62,000 bases of DNA, from contig CM075992.1 in the NCBI GenBank assembly GCA_038087875.1, positions 1-62,000 on the forward strand, read 5' to 3'. The stretch is from Malacoraja senta (Eukaryota). The notes under the pieces are model-generated. The model was not told the origin of the DNA and made no database searches. It saw only the letters and a list, made by a program, of their open reading frames with translations. The position numbers were made by a program, and so were the translations under genes. Positions 1-8,821 of this stretch are shown here, piece after piece (the stretch's first letter is position 1; each line of letters begins with the position of its first letter).

Positions 1-2215
1 CTTGCGGTACCCCACTAGTCACTGCCTGCCATTCTGAAAAGGACCCGTTAACTCCTACTCTTTGCTTCCTGTTTGCCAGCCAGTTCTCTATCCACATCAA
101 TACTGAACCCCCAATACCGTGTGCTTTAAGTTTGTATACTAATCTCTTATGTGGGACCTTGTCGAAAGCCTTCTGAAAGTCCAGATATAACACATCCACT
201 GGTTCTCCCTTACCACTCTACTATTTACATCCTCAAAAAATTCTATAAGGTTCGTCAGATGATTTACCTTTCATAAATCCATGCTGACTTTGTCCAATGA
301 TTTCACCACTTTCCAAATGTGCTGCTATCCCATCTTTAATAACTGACTCTAGCAGTTTCCCCACTACCAATGTTAGACTAACTGGTCTGTAATTCCCCGT
401 TTTCTCTCTCCCTCCCTTTTTAAAAAGTGGGGTTACATTAGCTACTCTCCAATCCTCAGGAACTACTCCAGAATCTAAAGAGTTTTGAAAAATCATAACT
501 AATGCATCCACTATTTCTGGGGCTACTTCTTTAAGTACTCTGGGATGCAGCCTATCTGGCCCTGGGGATTTATCGGCCTTTAATCCATTCAATTTACCTA
601 ACACCACTTCCCGGCTAACCTGGATTTCACTCAGTTCCTCCATCTCATTTGACCGCCGGTCGCCTGATATTTCCGGCAGATTAATTACTGTAAGTCTTCC
701 TTAGTGAAGACAGAACCAAAGTAGTTATTCAATTGGTCTGCCATGTCCTTGTTCCCCATGATCAATTCACCTGTTTCTGACTGCAAGGGACCTACATTTG
801 TTTTAACTGATCTTTTTCTCTTCACATATCTATAAAAACCTTTGCAGTCAGTTTGTATGTTCCCTGCCAGTTTTCTTTCATAATCTATTTTCCCTTTCCT
901 AATTAAGCCCTTTGTCCCTCCTCTGCTGGACTGAATTTCTCCCAGTCCTCTGGTAGACTGCTTTTTCTGGCTAATTTGTATGCTTCATCTTTTGTTTTGA
1001 TACTATCCCTGATTTCCCTTGTTATCCACGGATGCACTACCTTCCCTGATTTATTCTTTTGCCAAACTGGGATGAACAATTATTGTAGTTCATCCATGCA
1101 GCCTTTAAATGCCATCCATTGCGTATCCACCGTCAACCCTTTAAGAATCAATTGCCAGTTTATCTTGGCCAATTCACGTCTCATACCCTCAAAGTTACCT
1201 TTCTTTAAGTTCAGAACCCTTGTTTCTGAATTAATTAAGTCACTCTCCATCCTAATGAAGAACTCAACCATATTATGGTCACTCTTGCCCAAGGGGCCAC
1301 GCACAACAAGACTGCTAACTAACCCTTCCTCATTACTCAATACCCAGTCGAGAATAGCCTGCTCTCTCGTTGGTTCCTCTACATGTTGGTTTAGAAAACT
1401 ATCCCACATACAATCCAAGAAATCCTCTTCCTCAGCACCCCTGCCAATTTAATTCACCCAATCTATATGTAGATGGAAGTCATCCATTATAACTGTTTTA
1501 CCTTTGTTGCACGCATTTCTAATTTCCTGTTTGATGCCATCCCCAACTCCACTACTACTGTTAGGTGGCCTGTACACAACTCCCACTAGCGTTTTCTGCC
1601 CCTTAGTGTTTCGCAGCTCTACCCATATTGATTCCACATCCTGCAAGCTAATGTCCTTCCTTTCTAATGCATTAATCTCCTCTCTAACCAGCAACGCTAC
1701 CCCACCTCCTTTTCCTTTCTGTCTATCCCTCCTGAATATTGAATATCCCTGGATGTTCAGCTCCCAGCCTTGGTCACCCTGGAGCCATGTCTCCGTGATC
1801 CCAACTATATCATAGTCATTAATAGCTATCTGCACATTCAACTCATCCACCTTATTACGAATGCTCCTTGCATTGAGACACAAAGCCTTCAGGCTAGTTT
1901 TTACAACACTCTTATCCCTTATACAATTATGTTGAAAAATGGCCCTCTTTGATTTTTGCCCTGGATTTGTCTGCCTACCACTTTTACTTTTCACCTTGCT
2001 ACCTATTGCTTCTACCCTCATTTTACACCCCTCTGTCTCTCTGCTCACACATTTAAGAAACCCACCACCTCTTATTCTCTGTTTATTATCTTTTTCTTCT
2101 TTCCCCCTTACATGTTGGATCTGAGTGCTGCCCTTCTCTGCCTCCTGCCTCACACACTGTCTACTAGCTTTCTCTATTTGAGTCCATCCCCCCAACCGTT
2201 CTAGTTTAAAGTCTC
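1..2215 (-). mobile_element. CR1-clade LINE, ORF2 (AP endonuclease + RT N-half), frameshifted; runs off the window start
   Basis: ORFs 1449-2402, 1080-1418 and 233-643 carry APE motifs (CLNARS, GITETW, GGGVA, YRPP, SDH) and RT motifs (KSPGPD, NYRPVSL, QHGF). Colinear with the copy at 57472-59520. Confidence 0.95.
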
Positions 2216-2438
2216 CCCAGTAGCCTTTGCAAATCTCCCCGCCAGGATATTGGTCCCCCTCCTTCCGTAGCAATGAATTCCACAGATTCACCGCCATCCG
2301 ACTAAAGAAATTCCTCTCACCGTGCAGTATGCAGTGCAATGCAGTAAGTGTGTGGACAAAAAGATACTCCTGTCTACATTCTCCAGAGATGCTGCCTGAC
2401 AATCAGAGTTAAACTGGTACTTTGTCCACATATCAGAT

Positions 2439-2660
2439 GGGCCTGCAGTGCAGTGGATCACCAAAGGGTGGGAGTGTTGACCACAAACTGGACGGGTCTG
2501 CAGTGCAGTGGATCACCACATGGTGGGAGTGTTGACCACAAACTGGACGGGTCTGCAGTGCAGTGGATCATCACATGGTGGAAGTGTTGACCACAAACTG
2601 GACGGGTCTGCAGTGCAGTGGATCACCACATGGTGGAAGTGTTGACCACAAATTGGAGCG
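2439..2660 (+). repeat. 55-bp tandem repeat, 4 units (CTCF-motif-like family)
   Basis: Unit GGGTCTGCAGTGCAGTGGATCACCACATGGTGGGAGTGTTGACCACAAACTGGAC starts at 2439, 2494, 2549 and 2604. Confidence 0.95.
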
Positions 2661-2676
2661 ACCCGTTACACAAACT

Positions 2677-3148
2677 CAAGTTCAAGTTCAAGTGAGTTTA
2701 TTGTCATGTGTCCCTGATAGGACGATGAAATTCTTGCTTTGCTTCAGCACACAGAACATAGTAGGCATTTACTACAAAACAGATCAGTGTGTCCATATAC
2801 CATAATATACATATATACACACATGAATAAATAGACTGATAAAGTGCAAATAACAGATAATGGGTTATTAATGGTCAGAGTTTTGTCCGAGCCAGGTTTA
2901 ATAGCCTGATGGCTGTGGGGAAGTAGCTATTCCTGAACCTGGTTGTTGCAGTCTTCAGGCTCCTGTACCTTCTACCTGAAGGTAGCAGGGAGATGAGTGT
3001 GTGGCCAGGATGGTGTGGGTCTTTGATGATGCTGCCAGTCTTTTTGAGGCAGCGACTGCAATAAATCCCCTCGATGGAAGGAAGGTCAGAGCCGATGATG
3101 GACTGGGCAGTGTTTACTACTTTTTGTAGTCTTTTCCTCTCCAGGGCA
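2677..3148 (-). mobile_element. Rex1/Babar-like non-LTR element, 3' fragment
   Basis: (CTTGAA)n tail at 2677-2692. Near-identical to 8076-8570, which encodes LLPSGRRYRSLKTATTRFRNSYFPTAIRLLN. Confidence 0.75.
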
Positions 3149-3321
3149 CTGCCTCACTGCACATTTGGAGCGCTGTCTACAAATTAGATTAAATTGTTCT
3201 CTTTACTGCAAAATGTTGCTCGATTGCTTTGTGACCCGTTTCCTTTCCCCATAAAGCACCCATAGCCCAGATGCCAAAGTTTGTAAAAGCCCTGAAATCA
3301 GGGAAGATTTGGGATGAAAAT

Positions 3322-3510
3322 CAAGGAACTGCAGCTGCTGGTTTACAAAAAAAGACACAAAATGCTGGAGTAACTTAGCGGGTCAGGCAGCATCCCTGCA
3401 GAACATGGATAGGTGACGTTTCACAGAGTGCTGGAGTAACTCAGCAGGTCAGACAGTATCTCTGCAGAACATGGATATGTGACTTGTCGGAACAGGACCC
3501 TTCTTCACAT
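3322..3510 (-). mobile_element. Penelope-like element terminal (pLTR) fragment with an internal duplication
   Basis: GCTGGAGTAACT(C/T)AGC..GTCAG.CAG.ATC block present twice; degenerate ACCCTTCTTCA hammerhead remnant at ~3497-3507. Confidence 0.7.
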
Positions 3511-3621
3511 TGTACTAAAATAAATACATTAAGACCAACTAAAATATGGGTTGCTCAGTAGTAGAGTTGCTGTCTTACAGTAACAGAGATCTGGGTTTGA
3601 TCCTGATCTCTGGTGGTACTT

Positions 3622-4021
3622 TAGGTATGTGAAGAGAAAAAAATTAGTTAAGACCAAAGTTGGACCCTTGAAGACCGAAAAAGGTGAATTTATTATGGGG
3701 AACAAGAAAATGGCAGATGAGTTGAACAGGTACTTTGGATCCGTCTTCACAAAGGAGGACACAAACAATCTTCCTGATATAGTAGTGGCAAGAGGATCTG
3801 GGGTGACGGAGGAACTGAAGGAAATCCACATTAGGCAGGAAATGGTGTTGGGTAGACTGATGGGACTGAAGGCTGATAAATCCCCAGGGCCTGATGGTCT
3901 GCATCCCAGGGTACTTAAGGGAGTGGCTCTAGAAATTGTGGATGCATAGGTGATAATTTTCCAATGTTCTATAGACTCAGGATCAGTTCCTGTGGATTGG
4001 AGGGTAGCTAATGTTATCCCA
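3622..4021 (+). mobile_element. CR1 ORF2 internal fragment
   Basis: ORF 3629-3949 (LNRYFGSVFTKED...KSPGPDGLHPRVLK). No 3' tail. Confidence 0.9.
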
Positions 4022-4140
4022 GGAACTGCAGATGGTGGTTTAAACTGAGGATAGATACTAAAAGCTGGAATAACAGCAGGCAGGCAGCATCTCTGGAGAA
4101 AAAGAATAGGTGATGTTTCAGGTTGAGACCTTCAGACTGA
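4022..4140 (-). mobile_element. Penelope-like terminal fragment
   Basis: GGAACTGCAGATG...GCAGCATCTCTGGAG...GAGACCTTCAGACTG, same layout as 6219-6351. Confidence 0.7.
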
Positions 4141-4269
4141 AGAGATTGAAAACCAGCCATAAAACACAATAACTGGAGATGTGTGTTATCGAACTGATGG
4201 CAGAAATCAGAATCATGTGTTCATCTTTATTGACGTGACACAATAAATATTACAGAAAAAATAATTTAA

Positions 4270-4505
4270 TGCGGTGGCACGGCGGCAGTGTTGCTGCCTT
4301 GCAGCACCACAGACCCAGATTTGATCCTGACTACGGGTGCTGTCTGTACAGTATTTGTATATTCTCCTTATGACCACATGGTTTTCTCTGGATATTCCGG
4401 TTTCTCCCACATCTGAAAGAAGTGCAGGTTTGTAGGTTAATTGGCTTCTGTAAATTGTCCATGGTGTGTAGGATACAACTGGTGGATGGTAGATTGCTGA
4501 TCGGT
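4270..4505 (+). mobile_element. tRNA-derived V-domain SINE (HE1-like)
   Basis: GGCACGG head; degenerate B-box (TTTGATCCTG); ACTACGGGTGCTGTCTGTAC...TCCGGTTTCTCCCACA central domain. Confidence 0.75.
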
Positions 4506-4509
4506 GAGC

Positions 4510-4720
4510 TGACCCGCTGAGTTACTCCAGCACTTTGTGAAATGTCACCTATCCATGTTCTCCACAGATGCTGCCTGACCCGCTGAGTTACTCCAGCACT
4601 CTGTGAAACGTCACCTATTCATGTTCTCCACAGATGCTGCCTGACCCGCTGAGTTACTTCAGCACTCTGTGAAACATCACCTATTCATGTTCTCCACAGA
4701 TGCTGCCTGAGTTACTCCAG
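4510..4720 (+). repeat. 66-bp tandem repeat (~3 units) derived from the Penelope terminal sequence
   Basis: Unit TGACCCGCTGAGTTACTCCAGCACTCTGTGAAACGTCACCTATCCATGTTCTCCACAGATGCTGCC. Confidence 0.9.
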
Positions 4721-5400
4721 TCACGGAAACAGGCCCTTCAGCCCAAAGATCCTATACCGAGCAAGATAGATCACTCGACGAAAAAGATCAACGTAGTACG
4801 GTCATGGGCAGATACATGGGTAATTTTCGGCCCCATTTCCGTAACCGGCTTCCGTCTCTGCACCAAAGATCCCATAGGATACTAGTGCGGAGACGGAAGC
4901 CGGTTACGGAAACATCCTCGTAAAAATACATGTTATTTGGGAAAAATCTTCTCCTCATTTTCAGAATTATAATTTATTAACACAAACTGTTCCCCCACAA
5001 CGTTGATTACGCTGCGGGTCGGGTTACTGAAATGGTTGAAAAAAAGGCCCACGTTCCGCTCCGTTGCGTACTACACATCAGCTCATTGCATTTAGAAGGA
5101 GGTGTCTATCTTGCTTGCTATAGGAAATTTGCTTCAGCCCAACATGCCCACAGCGACCAACATGCCCCATCTACACTAGTCCCAGATTCACGGAAACAGG
5201 CCCTTCAGCCCAACTTGCCCATACTGGCCAACATGCCCCATTTACACTAGTCCCACCTGCCCGCGTTTGGCCCATATCCCTCCAAACCTGTCCTATCCAT
5301 GCACCTGTCCAAGTGTTGTGATAGTCCCAGACTACTTCCTCCGGCAGCTCGTTCTATACACCCACTACCCTCTGTGTGGAAAGGTTTCCCCTCAGGTTGA
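4721..5400 (-). mobile_element. CR1 3'-end fragment, interrupted by a hAT MITE and partly duplicated
   Basis: CACGGAAACAGGCCCTTCAGCCCAAC 3'UTR hairpin region occurs twice; LRGNLSTQRVVGV C-terminal motif. Confidence 0.75.
4744..5131. mobile_element. Non-autonomous hAT-type DNA transposon (388 bp)
   Basis: Imperfect ~30-bp TIRs (CAAAGATCCTATACCGAGCAAGATAGA / TCTATCTTGCTTGCTATAGGAAATTTG). 8-bp TSD CTTCAGCC at 4736-4743 and 5132-5139. Confidence 0.85.
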
Positions 5401-5484
5401 CATTCTCAATGTGAACAATTTGTGAACCAGCGAGCTGGTGTGGAATAAAAAATGGAATTGTGGATAGAAAAATAACTAAAAATG

Positions 5485-5745
5485 GGTTGGCACGGTGGTG
5501 CAGCGGTAGATTTGCTGCCCCACAGCGCCAGAGTGCCATCCTGACTACGGGTGCTGTCTGTACAGAGTTTGCACGTTCTCCCCGTGACCTGTGGGTTTGT
5601 AGGTTAATTGCCTTTGGTAATTTGGTAATTGTAAAACTGTCCCTAGTGTGTGGGATGGTGTTAGTGTACGGGGTGATCGCTGGTCGGTGCGGACTCGGTG
5701 GGCCGAAGGGCCTGCTTCCGCGCTGTATCTCTAAACTAAACTAAA
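5485..5745 (+). mobile_element. tRNA-derived V-domain SINE (HE1-like) with CR1-type tail
   Basis: GGCACGGTGGTGCAGCGGTAGA A-box head; V-like domain; GGGCCGAAGGGCCTG tail; (CTAAA)n end. Confidence 0.85.
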
Positions 5746-6070
5746 AGGATGTTTCCATTAGTGGGAGAGTCTAGGACCAGAGGGCACAGCATCAAAATTA
5801 AAGGACGTTCCTTTAAGAAGGAGGAGGAATTTCTTTAGACAGAGGGTGGTGAATCTGTGGGATTCGTTGCCACAGACGGCGGTGGAGGCCAAGTCAGTGG
5901 ATATAATTAAGGCAAAGATAGATAGATTGTTGATTAGTATGGGTGTCAGGGGTTATGGGGAGAATGCAGGAGAATGGGTTTGGGAGTGAGAGATAGATCA
6001 GCCATGATTGAATGGTGGAGTAGACTCGATGGGCCGAATGGTCTAATTCTGAAATGGTCTAATTATGATT
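5746..6070 (+). mobile_element. CR1 3'-end fragment
   Basis: SRTRGHS...QRVVNLW-type coding end followed by the GGGCCGAATGG 3'UTR. Confidence 0.85.
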
Positions 6071-6218
6071 CTTGTGTGTTATGGTCTTCTCTGACTTAAG
6101 GAAATGCAAGCAGCCACTTTGTGCAAAGAGCAATTAGTCAACAGAGGGCAATTATTGTCCCGCAGACAACTACTGCCCCAGTTGCATATCATGACGTATG
6201 CAACAAACATTGATTGGA

Positions 6219-6351
6219 GTGTTAAAGAAGGAACTGCAGATGCTGGAAAATCGAAGGTACACAAAAATGCTGGAGAAACTCAGCGGGTGCAGCAGCATCT
6301 ATGGAGCGAAGGAAATAGGTAACGTTTCGGGCCGAAACCCTTCTTCAGACC
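6219..6351 (-). mobile_element. Penelope-derived mini-insertion with a minimal hammerhead ribozyme motif
   Basis: 11-bp TSD CATTGATTGGA (6208-6218, 6352-6362). Minus strand reads GGT-CTGAAGA-A-GGGT-TTCG-GCCC-GAAA-CG-TT-ACC. Confidence 0.85.
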
Positions 6352-6465
6352 CATTGATTGGACACTGGTGGGCAAAGGGTTAATGTGGTAATTGGCTTGA
6401 TTGGAACTGATTAGGAAATTGTCAGCTGCTGTGTATAAAAGGGGGAGTTGTGGGAGTGTCTGAGT

Positions 6466-6660
6466 GCAGTTGGTCTGGGCTGTGGATGGAAGTCGTGGTT
6501 CTGGGCTGTTGTGGGCACCAGTGGTCCTGGGCTGTTGTGGGGACCAGTGGTCCTGGGCTGTTGTGGGGACCAGTGGTTCTGGGCTGTTGTGGGGACCAGT
6601 GGTTCTGGGCTGTTGTGGGGACCAGTGGTCCTGGGCTGTGGATGGCAGCGGTGGTCTTGG
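6466..6660 (+). repeat. 26-bp minisatellite (~7 units)
   Basis: GGGGACCAGTGGT(T/C)CTGGGCTGTTGT repeated with period 26. Confidence 0.95.
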
Positions 6661-6743
6661 GACGCGACAGGGAGTCTCCGCTTGTGTCTGATGTGGATCT
6701 ACATCTCCAGGGCTTGAGGTGTGTGAGAACACTACAGCTTTCT

Positions 6744-7790
6744 TTTTTTTTTTAATTATTTTTATTAGAAGTACGGTAAATTACAGTACTACACAACACT
6801 TATATCTTAATACATTTTTTATGCCGCTTCATTTTTTTTTAGCTTTAAGAGAAAGATAGAAGTAAGAAAAGTAAAGAAAGTGCGCAAGAGTCGTGAGGTG
6901 CAAGAGAGTGTTGTGAAAAGAAAGCCCCTCAGAAAAGAAGTTAGAGAAGGAAGTAAAGTAAGAAAGTAGATCCTAGAAAAGAAAGAAAAAGAAAGTAGGA
7001 ACAATCGCAGAAAGGGAACCACCGACCAAGTCTGTTTTTATTGTTTTATCTCCCATTACCAGGTCCTGATACCATTCTTTATTTATTTATTTTTTAAATT
7101 ACTATTGCACCTCATGCTTGTAATAGGTCCAAAAACGTAGACCACGTCTTTTGGAATTGGTCTGCTTTCCCTGCTAAGAGGAATCTCATCTCTTCCAGAT
7201 GTAATGTTTCCAACATGTTTGATGTCCACATTTTTATTGTTGGTGTGGGCGCATTTTTCCAGAATTTAAGTATGAGCCTTTTTCCCATTATTAGCCCGTA
7301 ATTGAATAAGTTCTTCTGATACACGTTTAATTCAGGGATACCTTCCGATATTCCAAAAATGATCCATTCTGGTTTTGGTACCAGTTTTATTTTAATTAAT
7401 TTTGAGAAAATATCAAATATTTCATACCAAAAATTTTGAATTTTTGTACAAAAAACAAAAGAATGCGCTATGGTAGCTTCTTGAGATAGACATTTATCAC
7501 AGATTGGTGAAACATTAGGAAAGATTTTATTTAATTTAGTTTTTGAATAATATAGTCTATGTAATGTTTTGAATTGGATGAGCGTATGTCGTACGTTGAT
7601 CGAACATTTATGCACCTGTAGTAAGTGGTTATCCCAGCTCTTTTGAAATTTTTATAGCTAATTCTTGTTCCCAGTCTCTTCTAATTCCTTCTGTTGTGGG
7701 TATTTCTATGTTTAAAATGATATTATATAAGTACGATATTAGATTAGCTGATTCTGCCTTTGTCTTCATTGCTTCATCTAGTAAGTCGGA
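6744..7790 (-). mobile_element. 5'-truncated L1-clade LINE (ORF2 C-terminal cysteine-rich domain, 3'UTR, polyA)
   Basis: ORF 7112-7615 has the FKTLHRLYY..CDKC..HSFVFC zinc knuckle. AATAAA plus A-tail at the left end. 16-bp TSD AACACTACAGCTTTCT at 6728-6743 and 7791-7806. Confidence 0.92.
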
Positions 7791-8075
7791 AACACTACAG
7801 CTTTCTCCTGAATTGTGTTTGCTTCTTTGATTAATTGTGCTGACTTTTCCTTTCAATTGTGTCATTTGTGGTGTCCTGGGTTTTTAATTATTATTTTTCC
7901 TGGTGCAACTTGAATTGTGCTGTATCTCTGACCACTAGTGGGAAAGACTCGGACCAGAGGTCACAGTGTCAGAATAAAAGGATGTATCTTTACTAAAGTG
8001 ATGATACCCTAACCTTATCACAACTGAAATTGAATCTGGTTGGTGTAAAATATGTAAAACTGTAGATGTTGGTTT

Positions 8076-8570
8076 AAGTCAAGTCAAGTGAGTTTATTGT
8101 CATGTGTCCCTGATAGGACAATGAAATTCTTGCTTTGCTTCAGCACAACAGAACATAGTAGGCATTGACTACAAGGCATTCTATAAATATATACACACAT
8201 GAATCAATATACTGATAAATTGCAAATAACAGTATTGGGTAATAAAGTTCAGTGTTATGTCCGAGCCAGGTTTAATAGCCTGATGGCTGTGGGGAAGTAG
8301 CTGTTCCTGAACCTGGTTGTTGCAGTCTTCAGGCTCCTGTACCTTCTACCTGAAGGTAGTAGGGAGATGAGTGTGTGGCCAGGATGGTGTGGGTCCTTGA
8401 TGATACTGCCAGCCTTTTTGAGGCAGAGACTGTGATAGATCCCCTCGATGGAAGGGAGTTCAGAGCCGATGATGGACTGGGCAGTGTTTACTACTTTTTG
8501 TAGTCTTTTCCTCTCCAGGGCGCTCAAGTTGCTGAACCAAGCCACGATGCAACCAGTCAGCATGCTCTCT
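8076..8570 (-). mobile_element. Rex1/Babar-like non-LTR element, 3' fragment
   Basis: ORF 8255-8617: ESMLTGCIVAWF...IIKDPHHPGH..LLPSGRRYRS..RFRNSYFPTAIRLLN. (CTTGA)n tail. Confidence 0.8.
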
Positions 8571-8821
8571 TTTATACACAGATAGTCACAGTTGGAGTAA
8601 TAAACTCGTTTATACACAGATAGTCACTTTGCTGGAGTAACTCAATGGGTCAGGCAGCATCTCTGGACAAACAACAGATTTTGGGATGGAACAGAAGGGT
8701 TCTTACCCAAAATATCACCCATCCTTCTCCTCCAGAGATGCTGCCTGATCCGGTGAGTTACTCCAGCACTCTGTGAAACATCACCTATCCATGTTCTCCA
8801 CAGATGCTGCCTGACCCGCTA

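Noticed and set aside
976..1815. Plus-strand ORFs of 158 and 103 aa (also 58446-59405)
   Set aside because: Antisense shadows of CR1 ORF2.
2439..2660. CRISPR array interpretation of the 55-, 64- and 66-bp arrays
   Set aside because: Units are head-to-tail with no unique spacers, no cas genes are present, and the context is vertebrate.
5485..5560. tRNA gene
   Set aside because: tRNA-like head of a SINE; no complete cloverleaf.
6280..6755. Overlapping 75-150-aa ORFs
   Set aside because: By-products of the stop-poor 26-bp minisatellite.
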